In this document: positions 51,297-59,886 of the stretch, piece by piece
Layout of the letters: every line of letters starts with the position of its first letter
Numbering within the stretch: the stretch's first letter is position 1
Source: Candidatus Eiseniibacteriota bacterium
GTDB taxonomy: Bacteria > Eisenbacteria > RBG-16-71-46 > CAVPCR01
Direction: 5' to 3'
NCBI GenBank assembly: GCA_963823555.1
Contig: CAWGMA010000001.1
Location: 192,001-256,000 of the forward strand
Length of the DNA stretch: 64,000 nucleotides
Made by a program: the position numbers and the translations under genes
The notes under the pieces: generated by a model
Databases searched by the model: none
What the model was told of the DNA's origin: nothing
Seen by the model: the letters and a program-made list of their open reading frames with translations, nothing else

Positions 51297-53394
51297 AACC
51301 GTGGGATCTCCGGACACCACATCTTCTTCTGAACCGGGCGTCGAGATGGAAGTCGATGTCGCTTCGGCTGTCGCAGCGTCGACTCCCGCTCCTTCGCTCG
51401 CGGCGGACGGGACCGCGGTCGAGGCCCCGGGCGGCCTTCCTGCTCTCCTTCTGGTTGGCAATCCCAATGTGGGGAAGAGCGTTCTGTTTGGCCATTTCAC
51501 CGGGCGCTATGTCACCGTATCCAACTTCCCAGGCACCACCGTCGAGGTGGCACGCGGGCGGCCCACCGGAGCTCTTGGCGGTGATCTTCGCGTGCGCGAG
51601 GTGGTGGATACCCCCGGCATCAATACCTTGATCCCGATGTCGGAGGACGAGAGCGTCACTCGCCAGATCCTCCTCAACGAGCAGAAGCCCCTCGTTCTCC
51701 AGGTTGCAGACGCCAAGAACCTGCGCCGTTCCTTGCTCATCACACTCCAGCTCGCCGAGATGGGCGCTCCGGTCGTGCTTGCCCTCAACATGATGGATGA
51801 GCTCCGCGCCCGCCGTATCCGCCTGGATGTCGCGAGGCTGGCCGACCTCATCGGCATCCCGGTCGTGCCGACCGTGGCGACCCGGAGGAGGGGGCTGAAG
51901 GCCCTCGAGCGTGCCTTGCCGGAAGCGCGACGCCCGCTCCTCGACTTGCGATATCAAGCCGCCATCGAGGCTGCCGTGATCCGGATCCAGCCCTTGTTGC
52001 CGCCGGGTATGCCCGGTGCCCGAGCGATGGCTCTCATGCTCGCCGCGGGCGACGAGACATTGCGGGAATGGGTCTTCGCCCATCTCGATCGAGCGGCGAT
52101 CGGGGAGCTGGATGGCATCATCGCCGAACTCCGTCGGCGCTATCCCGAGGGGGTTGCGGCCGCGATCAACCAGCAGCGTCTCGCGCAGGTCGATATCATT
52201 CTTGCCGATGTGTTCACTGCGGCCGAGGGCGACATCCCCCCGCTGGCCGTCCGTCTCGGCGCTGTGGCCATGCACCCGGTCTGGGGTGTTCTGGTGCTTC
52301 TCGCCGTGCTCTTCGCCCTCTTCGAGTTCGTCGGCGTGTTCGGTGCCGGTACACTTGTCGGCTGGATCGAGGAGGGGCTCTTTGGCGGGGTGATCAATCC
52401 GGCCGTCACGCGGATCGTCGATACCGTGGTGCCGATTCCCTTCGTGCGCGATCTCCTGGTCGGAGACTATGGGCTCGTGACGATGGCTCTCACCTATGGC
52501 ATCGCCATCGTGTTGCCGATCGTCTTCACCTTCTTCCTCGCCTTCTCACTGCTCGAGGATTCCGGATATCTGCCCCGCCTGGCCGTCATGGTGAACCGGA
52601 TCTTCCAGGCGATGGGGCTCAACGGCAAAGCCGTGCTGCCGATGGTGCTCGGCCTTGGCTGTGACACCATGGCCACGTTGACCACTCGTATCCTGGATCG
52701 GAGGAAGGAGCGTGTGGTCGTCACCCTGCTTCTGGCCCTGGGCGTGCCCTGTTCGGCTCAGCTCGGCGTCATCTTCGGCATGCTGGGGCGCGCCGGTCCC
52801 GCCGCCGCGCTCGTCTGGGGTGGCATCGTGGTCGGGGTTCTGTTCGTCGTCGGATTTCTTGCTGCGCGCGTGGTCCCCGGGGACAGCTCGAGCTTCGTAC
52901 TCGAACTACCGCCGGTGCGTTGGCCGCAGCTCAGCAACATTCTCATCAAGACCCTGGCCCGCATCGAGTGGTACTTGCGCGAAGCCATGCCGCTCTTCGT
53001 CGTCGGCACGCTCGTTCTCTTTGCTCTCGATCGGCTGACGCTCTTGGTCCTTCTCGAGCGTGCAGCGTCTCCGCTGGTCGTCGGGCTGCTGGGGCTCCCG
53101 GAATCGGCAACGGCGGCTTTCATCATGGGGTTCCTGCGTCGAGATTACGGTGCCGCCGGCTTCTTCAAGTTGCAGGCGGACGGCATTCTCGATTCAGTGC
53201 AGGTCGTCGTTGCGCTCGTGACCATGACTCTGTTCATTCCCTGCATTGCCAACTGGTTCATGATGATCAAGGAACGGGGTCTGCGGGCCACGCTCTGGAT
53301 GACGCTGTTCATCCTGCCCTTTGCCCTGCTCGTCGGCGGCGCAGTGAATCTCGTGCTGCGAGGACTGGGGATCACCTTCGGCGGCGCGCCATGA
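51289..53394 (+). CDS. feoB: Ferrous iron transport protein B
   Basis: G1 GNPNVGKS, G2 NFPGTT, G3 DTPG, G4 NMMD; LEDSGYLPR, LGC, PCSA, FVLELP. Confidence 0.96.
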   Translation: MAETVGSPDTTSSSEPGVEMEVDVASAVAASTPAPSLAADGTAVEAPGGLPALLLVGNPNVGKSVLFGHFTGRYVTVSNFPGTTVEVARGRPTGALGGDLRVREVVDTPGINTLIPMSEDESVTRQILLNEQKPLVLQVADAKNLRRSLLITLQLAEMGAPVVLALNMMDELRARRIRLDVARLADLIGIPVVPTVATRRRGLKALERALPEARRPLLDLRYQAAIEAAVIRIQPLLPPGMPGARAMALMLAAGDETLREWVFAHLDRAAIGELDGIIAELRRRYPEGVAAAINQQRLAQVDIILADVFTAAEGDIPPLAVRLGAVAMHPVWGVLVLLAVLFALFEFVGVFGAGTLVGWIEEGLFGGVINPAVTRIVDTVVPIPFVRDLLVGDYGLVTMALTYGIAIVLPIVFTFFLAFSLLEDSGYLPRLAVMVNRIFQAMGLNGKAVLPMVLGLGCDTMATLTTRILDRRKERVVVTLLLALGVPCSAQLGVIFGMLGRAGPAAALVWGGIVVGVLFVVGFLAARVVPGDSSSFVLELPPVRWPQLSNILIKTLARIEWYLREAMPLFVVGTLVLFALDRLTLLVLLERAASPLVVGLLGLPESATAAFIMGFLRRDYGAAGFFKLQADGILDSVQVVVALVTMTLFIPCIANWFMMIKERGLRATLWMTLFILPFALLVGGAVNLVLRGLGITFGGAP

Positions 53395-53663
53395 CAAGTC
53401 CGGTACGCTTGACCTCCTCATCGCCCCCCGGCTCCGGTCCCCCGGCCCCGGGTCCGGCTGCCAGGTCCATGTCCCAGCCGGCCCCACAGACGGTCCAGTG
53501 CGCGCTGTGCGGCCATCGCTTCGTTGCCGGTACCGACACCATGTCCTGCGCGCGCTGTCCCATGGCCAAGCGGTGCGCGGTCACCTGTTGTCCGAATTGC
53601 GGATACGAGTTCGTGACCAGGTCCCGACTCGTTGACCTTCTCCGTCGACTTTTCCGCAGGTAG
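53391..53663 (+). CDS. Small Cys-rich FeoB-associated protein
   Basis: ATG overlaps the feoB stop. CALC...CARC...C...CCPNCGYEF (8 Cys). Confidence 0.75.
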   Translation: MTSPVRLTSSSPPGSGPPAPGPAARSMSQPAPQTVQCALCGHRFVAGTDTMSCARCPMAKRCAVTCCPNCGYEFVTRSRLVDLLRRLFRR

Positions 53664-53665
53664 CC

Positions 53666-54331
53666 ATGCACAAGAGCGCGATAGAGGAGCGGACTGAAGA
53701 GATCCTCGAACAGGTCTGGGTCCTACGCGAGGATGGCGTTGACGAGCGCGCGGCCCTGCTCGCGGCAGCTCGTCGGCACGGAGAGACGGACCCCGAGGAA
53801 GTGATCAGCCACATCGAGGCGCGAGGTCTTCTGGTACCAGGGACGGCAAGCCTCGCACTGACCGTGCTTGGAGAAGAAGCGGCGAGGTCGATCGTACGCC
53901 GCCACCGACTTGCCGAGCGCCTGCTCTCGGATGTCCTGGAGGTCGATCCGGCCACCATAGCTGCCGATGCCTGCCGCTTCGAGCATGTGCTATCGCCGGG
54001 GGTCACGACCTCGATCTGCACCTTGCTCGGACATCCCCCGACTTGTCCCCATGGGCGGCCGATTCCACGCGGTGAATGCTGCGGCACCTATCGGACCGAG
54101 CTTAAGCCGCTGGTGATCCGTCTCCTCGACCTCGGCGTGGGCGAGCGGGCCGTGGTCACGTTCGTCGAGGGCCGGATCGACGGCATCGGGCGCCTGGGGA
54201 CGCTCGGCCTCGTGCCGGGAGTTTCCGTTCGCCTCGTTCAGCGCCGGCCCTCACATGTGGTCGAGGTCGGGGAGACCACGATCGCCATCGATGACAGCCT
54301 GGCTCGCGCCATCTACGTGAAGCGACAGTGA
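53666..54331 (+). CDS. DtxR/MntR-family metal-dependent regulator with C-terminal FeoA domain
   Basis: RRHRLAERLL, ACRFEH, LGHPPTCPHGRPIP; FeoA motif RLGTLGLVPG. Confidence 0.9.
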   Translation: MHKSAIEERTEEILEQVWVLREDGVDERAALLAAARRHGETDPEEVISHIEARGLLVPGTASLALTVLGEEAARSIVRRHRLAERLLSDVLEVDPATIAADACRFEHVLSPGVTTSICTLLGHPPTCPHGRPIPRGECCGTYRTELKPLVIRLLDLGVGERAVVTFVEGRIDGIGRLGTLGLVPGVSVRLVQRRPSHVVEVGETTIAIDDSLARAIYVKRQ

Positions 54332-54392
54332 GTGAGGCGGGACCCTCGGTCCAGGAGAAGGACGGGGGCCCCGGCCTCGATGAGGAGTCCCG

Positions 54393-55724
54393 TTGAAGAC
54401 GTTGATCCTGCCCCATTCCCTCACGTCCATCCCGGTCCTCATGGTCCTGCTGCCGGCGCTGGCGTGCCTGCTGACGCCTTCGGCCGTTCATGCCGAGGAT
54501 CCTGCCTCCAGTGCGGCGCGCCAGGATTCGGTGATCGCCGAACTCGAGCGCCGAATCGACCTGCTCGCGGCCGAGCTCGAACGCGAACGCCTCGGACCAG
54601 CGGCCACGGCCGACCGCGGCGAGCACGGGTTGGGGCCCGCAGCCTCCAAGGTCTACCGCGCCGATCGCGGCGTGTCGATCGGAGGCTACGGCGAAATGCT
54701 CTACGAGACCTACGCTGCTCGTCGCGATGACAACGAGAGTTCCCAGCGTACCGATCGTCTAGATTTCCTGCGCGCCATTGTCTACTTCGGCTACAAGTTC
54801 AGTGATCGTTGGCTCCTCAACTCGGAGGTCGAGTTCGAGCACGGTTCGACCGGGAAGGGAGGTGAAGTCTCGGTCGAGTTCGCTTATCTCGACTACATGT
54901 GGCGCCCCGAGGTCAACGTGCGCGCTGGGCTCGTGCTGGTACCGATGGGGCTCGTCAACGAGCTTCACGAGCCGACCGTCTTCCGGGGTACCCGCCGGCC
55001 TCTGGTCGAGCAGGCCATCATTCCCACCACCTGGCGCGAAAACGGCGTTGGTGCTCATGGCGACGTGGGCATGGCGAGCTACCGCACGGTGATCATCAAC
55101 GGGCTCGATGCCAGCGGCTTCTCGGCGGCGGGTATCCGCGGCGGAAGGCAGAGCGGCGCCAAGGCCGCGGCGGAGGACTTCGCCTGGGTCGGACGCCTCG
55201 ATGTCACCGGTGTTCCCGGGCTCCTCGTCGGGGGCTCGGTCTACGCGGGTCAGTCCGGGCAAGGGCTCCTGGGTGCAGGGGGACGCATCCTCCAGGTGGG
55301 TACCACGCTTGCCGAGGGGCATGTCGAGTGGAAGCGACGCGGACTCATGCTGCGTGGCCTCGCTGCCTGGTCGTGGATCGATGAAGCAGGAGAGCTCAAT
55401 GCCGCTCTCGGACTCCCTGCCAACGACGCCATCGCCGCCGAACAGGGTGGGGGGTATGCCGAGGCAGGCTTCGATGTGTTCACCCTCGCCCCGCGCGGCG
55501 AGCTATCGCTCATCCCATTCCTGCGCTACGAGCGCCTCGACACGCAGGCCAAGATGCCTCGCGGAACGACGGCCGATCCGGCGCTGGATCAGGAGATCCT
55601 GACCGTTGGAGTCAATTTCAGCCCGATCGATCCCGTGGTCTTCAAGCTCGACTATCAAGATATCGACAACGCAGCCGGCACGGGACTCGACCAGTTCAAT
55701 GTGGCGGTCGGCTACATCTTCTGA
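54393..55724 (+). CDS. Outer-membrane porin-like beta-barrel with N-terminal coiled coil
   Basis: Signal peptide, coiled coil, IGGYGE, SEVEFEHG, VEFAYLDY, NELHEP, IIPTTWRE, terminal VGYIF. Confidence 0.85.
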   Translation: MKTLILPHSLTSIPVLMVLLPALACLLTPSAVHAEDPASSAARQDSVIAELERRIDLLAAELERERLGPAATADRGEHGLGPAASKVYRADRGVSIGGYGEMLYETYAARRDDNESSQRTDRLDFLRAIVYFGYKFSDRWLLNSEVEFEHGSTGKGGEVSVEFAYLDYMWRPEVNVRAGLVLVPMGLVNELHEPTVFRGTRRPLVEQAIIPTTWRENGVGAHGDVGMASYRTVIINGLDASGFSAAGIRGGRQSGAKAAAEDFAWVGRLDVTGVPGLLVGGSVYAGQSGQGLLGAGGRILQVGTTLAEGHVEWKRRGLMLRGLAAWSWIDEAGELNAALGLPANDAIAAEQGGGYAEAGFDVFTLAPRGELSLIPFLRYERLDTQAKMPRGTTADPALDQEILTVGVNFSPIDPVVFKLDYQDIDNAAGTGLDQFNVAVGYIF

Positions 55725-55728
55725 ACGG

Positions 55729-56265
55729 GTGCTCACGGTGGCGATCTTGCTGCTGGTCACCATCGCGCTTCCCGAAACGGCCAGGGCCAAGGTGTTCCTG
55801 AGTGTCGACGAAGCTCTCGAACTCGCCTTTACCGGATGTCGTATAGAACGGCAAACCGTGTACCTGACGGCGGCTCAGCTCGAGCGGGCGCGGGAACTCG
55901 CCGGCATGGAGATGCCGGGCGCGATTATCCATCCCTACGTCGCCCGGAGCGACAGCGGGCTCGCCGGCACCGCCTACTTCGACACGCACCGCGTGCGGAC
56001 CCTGCCGCAGACGGTCATGGTGGTCGTCGGCACCGATGATCGCGTCCGTCGGATCGAGATCCTGGACTTCTCCGAGCCCGAGAGCTACCTGGTCCGCGAT
56101 CGCTGGTATGAGCAGTTCATGGACCGTGGTCTCGATGCCGACCTCGCGCTGGAGCGGGGAATCCACGGGGTCACTGGCGCCACCCTGACCGCGCGGGCCA
56201 CGACCGCTGCGGTGCGTCGAACCCTCGCGCTGCATCAGGTGATCGGCGAGGCACGGGCGCGATGA
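55729..56265 (+). CDS. Exported FMN-binding (flavinylated) protein
   Basis: Signal peptide ending ARA; ApbE target motif GVTGATLT ([ST]GAT). Confidence 0.85.
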   Translation: MLTVAILLLVTIALPETARAKVFLSVDEALELAFTGCRIERQTVYLTAAQLERARELAGMEMPGAIIHPYVARSDSGLAGTAYFDTHRVRTLPQTVMVVVGTDDRVRRIEILDFSEPESYLVRDRWYEQFMDRGLDADLALERGIHGVTGATLTARATTAAVRRTLALHQVIGEARAR

Positions 56266-57848
56266 CACGGTTCGAAGCATGGTTCATGCATGCCGGGACA
56301 CTCCTGGTCGGGGGAACCGGTCTGGTCTACGCGGCGATGCGTTACTTCATGCATCCCGATGATCCCTATGCGATGGTGAACCACCCCTGGCAACCAACAG
56401 CGCAGCACCTCCATGTGTTGGTCGCCCCCTTGCTTGTCTTTGCCGCCGGCCTCATCTGGCGCCCGCATGTGTGGGATGGGATCCGTTCCCGGCACCGGGC
56501 GCGGCGGGCGAGCGGCCTCGTTGTCGCCTCGAGCTTCGTGCCCATGGCGGTATCGGGAACCCTGATCCAGGTCGCCACCGAGGAGACGTGGCGTCAGATC
56601 TGGGTCGGCGTGCACCTCGCGACGGCGGCGATCTGGATCGCGGGCTATCTCGCGCACCAGCTCCGGCAACGGCGGGCGGAGCGCGCGGCCGGAGGCCCGC
56701 CGTCGACCATGATCGAGCTGCGCCCGCGCTCCATGCTTCTCACGCGGGACCTGGATGATCAGGAAGATCTGAGCCGCGAGATGCGCGGGCGCCGCGCCCG
56801 GGCCCGGCGCCGCCGCCGGCTGCCGCGCGGCCCGCTCATGCTCGCTCTTGGCCTCGGCGCTGGTGTCGTGAGCATGCCGGTGCCAGCGCCTGGCGTCGTG
56901 GTCGAGCGCGAACTCGGCCTGATGGGCACCATCCTTCGCATCAGCGTCTCGGCTCCTTCGCGCGACGTCGCCATGAATGCCAGTGAGCGGGCGGTGGCTG
57001 TGCTTGAAGCCGCCGAGGTTCGGCTCTCTACCTGGCGAGACGACACCGAGTTGGCCCGGCTCAACCGGTCCCCGGTCGGGGAGCCCTTCGCTCTCTCGCC
57101 CGCCCTCGAGCGGGATCTCACCTCGGCGCGCCGCTTCTGGAGCCTGACCGGAGGTGCGTTCGATCCCGGAATCGGGGCCCTGGTCTCCGTCTGGGGGCTG
57201 CGCTCGGTTGGACGGATGCCCGGTATCGGTGAGCGGCAGGCCGCGCGCGAGGCGAGCGGCCTCGACCATCTCGCGTTGATCCCGGGCGCCGCGATCCGGA
57301 TGCATCCGGGATTCGGCATCGAGGAAGGCGGTTTCGGCAAGGGCGCGGCGCTCGATGACGCCGCGCGTGCGCTTGAGGGTCTCGGCATCGACCGCGCGAT
57401 TCTCGACCTCGGGGGACAGGTGATGGTCGTGGGCGATGGCGGGCCGCTTGTCTTCGCCGTAGCCGATCCCAGAGATCGCCGCCGGCCGGTGCTTGAGCTC
57501 CCCTTGGTCCGGGGGTCGGCCGCCACGTCCGGAAACAGCGAGCGCGGTCTCTCCATCGCCGGTGAGCGGATGAGCCACATCCTGGATGCCAGGACAGGCT
57601 GGCCCTGCCGGGACTTCGGCAGCGTGACCGTGTTGGCTCCCGACGCGCTCACCGCCGACTGCCTGTCGACAGGTCTTTTCGTGTGCGGGCCAGATTCCGC
57701 TCTGGCCTGGGCTCGTTCCAGGCCGGTGATCGAAGTCGTGGTCGTGGAGACGACGCATGGGGGTCTGCGGGTCCGTGCCACCCCGGGGATCGCACCACAC
57801 CTCTCCCCGATGGTCTCGGATCTCACGCTCGCACCCACCGGCGATTGA
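56262..57848 (+). CDS. apbE: Fusion of a 4-TM His-ligand cytochrome b-like domain (DUF4405-like) and FAD:protein FMN transferase
   Basis: N-terminal ~135 aa with His51/69 and His118/132. C-terminal ApbE motifs LMGT, GAFDP, GGFGKG, ATSGNSER, HILDARTG, ADCLSTGLFV. Confidence 0.85.
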   Translation: MTRFEAWFMHAGTLLVGGTGLVYAAMRYFMHPDDPYAMVNHPWQPTAQHLHVLVAPLLVFAAGLIWRPHVWDGIRSRHRARRASGLVVASSFVPMAVSGTLIQVATEETWRQIWVGVHLATAAIWIAGYLAHQLRQRRAERAAGGPPSTMIELRPRSMLLTRDLDDQEDLSREMRGRRARARRRRRLPRGPLMLALGLGAGVVSMPVPAPGVVVERELGLMGTILRISVSAPSRDVAMNASERAVAVLEAAEVRLSTWRDDTELARLNRSPVGEPFALSPALERDLTSARRFWSLTGGAFDPGIGALVSVWGLRSVGRMPGIGERQAAREASGLDHLALIPGAAIRMHPGFGIEEGGFGKGAALDDAARALEGLGIDRAILDLGGQVMVVGDGGPLVFAVADPRDRRRPVLELPLVRGSAATSGNSERGLSIAGERMSHILDARTGWPCRDFGSVTVLAPDALTADCLSTGLFVCGPDSALAWARSRPVIEVVVVETTHGGLRVRATPGIAPHLSPMVSDLTLAPTGD

Positions 57849-58022
57849 CGGCCCTCGCCGCGGGCCTTAGAGTTGGGAGTGTTCGGTGCCCGCAAGCGCT
57901 CCGGTTCTGTGGCCGGCGCTCTCGATTGTGGATATTTGCGCTTGTCGTCAGCTATCCGTTTTTGCGATCCAGAGATTCTGATGTCAGGGCCCGTTGATAC
58001 GAATTGAGGCTCTGTTGCCACG

Positions 58023-59051
58023 ATGACCCTGCCCGAAATCGTCCGCCGCAACTTCGCGCTCAAACTGGCATCGGTCCTGCTCGGGGTCGTGATCTATCTC
58101 CATGTCTATACCGATCAGGTGCATGACGGGGAGTTCTGGCTGCCCGTCGACTATGTCCGCCAACCCGACAGCCTGGCCGTGATGAGCGACGCACCAGAGA
58201 AGGCGCTCGTGCTCCTGCGTGGGCGCGGCAAGGAGCTCATCAAGCTCAAGTGGCGCTCGCCGGAGGTGGAAGTCGATCTCGGCGCCGCCACCGCCGGCCG
58301 CTTCTACCACTCGCTGGGGACGGATGATGTCCGCATGCCGGCGACCAGCGATGCGAGCGCAGTGGCGATCATCGAGCCCCGTCTTCTGGTCCTCGAGTTC
58401 GACCGCGTGAGCGTTCGCGCCTTGCCGGCGCGCGTCCGCTTCACTGGGTCGTTGCCACCGGGGTATGTGCTACGCGGATTCAGCACGCAGCCAAGCGAGG
58501 TCATCCTGCGCGGGCCGTCGCGTCTGCTCCCTGGTGCGGATACCCTGGAGGTGGGACCCATCGACCTGCGCGGATTCCGGGGCCGGGCCCGAGGTCTGTT
58601 CGCGGTTCGCCGGCCGCATCCGGAACTCGTTCCCGAGCCGCCGGAGGTCGAGGTCGAGGTGGCCGCTGAACGGGCGGCTACGCGTGAGATCGAAGGAGTC
58701 CCGGTGGCGGTGGTCACTGATTCGGGCTTGGCCGCTGTCGCCACACCCGAATCGGCGGCCGTCCGCCTCGAGGGGTTGCCGGAGCGAGTCGAGGCACTCG
58801 CTCCAGGCGGGCTTCGCATCTCCCTGGACGCGCGCGGCCTGGGTCCCGGCGAGCACGTGGTCCGGGCCGGGGTCGATACCCTGGCGGGAGTCGTGATCAA
58901 GCCGCTGGAGGTTCGCTATCAGGTGCGGGTGAGGCTGGCCGAGGCAGGTACAGAGGGTGCCGGGGCGACGGAGCCGGCCGGCCAAACGGGAGCATCCGGG
59001 GATGAAGGCGCACCCACCGGAGACGGGGGAATGGTCACGGTGCGCGACTGA
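58023..59051 (+). CDS. YbbR/CdaR-like domain protein
   Basis: NFALKLASVLLGVVIYLHV TM anchor, repeated P-x-x-V-x-L-x-G-P YbbR-like units. Confidence 0.8.
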   Translation: MTLPEIVRRNFALKLASVLLGVVIYLHVYTDQVHDGEFWLPVDYVRQPDSLAVMSDAPEKALVLLRGRGKELIKLKWRSPEVEVDLGAATAGRFYHSLGTDDVRMPATSDASAVAIIEPRLLVLEFDRVSVRALPARVRFTGSLPPGYVLRGFSTQPSEVILRGPSRLLPGADTLEVGPIDLRGFRGRARGLFAVRRPHPELVPEPPEVEVEVAAERAATREIEGVPVAVVTDSGLAAVATPESAAVRLEGLPERVEALAPGGLRISLDARGLGPGEHVVRAGVDTLAGVVIKPLEVRYQVRVRLAEAGTEGAGATEPAGQTGASGDEGAPTGDGGMVTVRD

Positions 59052-59076
59052 GGGCCCGGCACAACCGGCCCCGCCC

Positions 59077-59211
59077 AAAAAAAAGCGAGAGGGTCCCCAC
59101 TCGAATCGTAAACCCCACTCTGCCGTATGGGCAGATGCTCGAAGTACTTGTCTATGCTCGAAGCGGGGTGTTCACGAAATCAGCAGGGACTTAGCTCGCG
59201 CTCCTCTCGAT
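59077..59211 (-). ncRNA. Candidate structured small RNA of unknown family (~135 nt)
   Basis: Own promoter, no ORF, nested 5'/3' pairing, GNRA hairpin, 10-nt direct repeat, ends in U8. Confidence 0.6.
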
Positions 59212-59216
59212 CAAGA

Positions 59217-59245
59217 ACTATAGCAAAGATCTCTCCAAGGGTCAA
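59217..59245 (-). promoter_or_regulatory. Strong sigma70 promoter for the candidate ncRNA
   Basis: Minus strand TTGACC-17 bp-TATAGT with extended -10 (TGcTATAGT). Confidence 0.7.
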
Positions 59246-59571
59246 TGCCCCGTCGCGGCAGATGTAACGGAGGGTAGATCGTCGCGCCATTGATTGGAAC
59301 CTCCCCGGGGGGCAAGAGATGACAGGTATGGGGCGTGAGCTCGGGCCATCTACGCCGCTCCGACCGGGTACATCTCAAACGGCTTGACGATGGGACCCGT
59401 CACTGCAGGCGCCCGCACGATCGTGCCGCCGCCGTGCCCCCGGTACTGGTCCCCCTGCGGCCCCAAGGAGGGGGAATCCCCAGAGCCCAGCTTGTTGACG
59501 AAACCTATGGAATCCTTGTAAGTTACAGGCGCTGACGGGTTGTGGCCGTCGGCCTCGAGGAGGATCGGCTC

Positions 59572-59850
59572 ATGACGAAGGCGGATATCGTAGACTCGAT
59601 CGCCGAGAAAACCGGCCTCACCAAAAAGGATGTGGCGGACACGGTCGACGAGTTCCTGCACGCCGTTTGCAAAGCGCTGAGCTCAGGAAAGCACATCGAG
59701 ATCCGGGGGTTCGGCACCTTCAAGGTCAAGGACCGCAAGTCGCGCGTGGCGCGCAACCCGCGGACGGGCGATCCGGTCAATGTTCCGGCGCGCAAGGTGC
59801 CTGTTTTCAAGGTCTCGAAAGAGCTCAAGGAGATGGTCTCCCAGGTCTAA
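59572..59850 (+). CDS. hup: HU/IHF family DNA-binding protein
   Basis: [33 protein letters not shown]. Could also be an IHF subunit. Confidence 0.92.
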   Translation: MTKADIVDSIAEKTGLTKKDVADTVDEFLHAVCKALSSGKHIEIRGFGTFKVKDRKSRVARNPRTGDPVNVPARKVPVFKVSKELKEMVSQV

Positions 59851-59886
59851 GCCAGGCTGAGGCTTGGCGTAGCCGCCTGGTGGAGA

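Noticed and set aside
57927..57935. DnaA-box-like TGTGGATAT
   Set aside because: Single one-mismatch copy with no cluster or origin context.
59135..59163. Direct repeat as a CRISPR remnant
   Set aside because: Only two 10-nt copies with a 9-nt spacer and no cas genes; treated as part of the ncRNA candidate.
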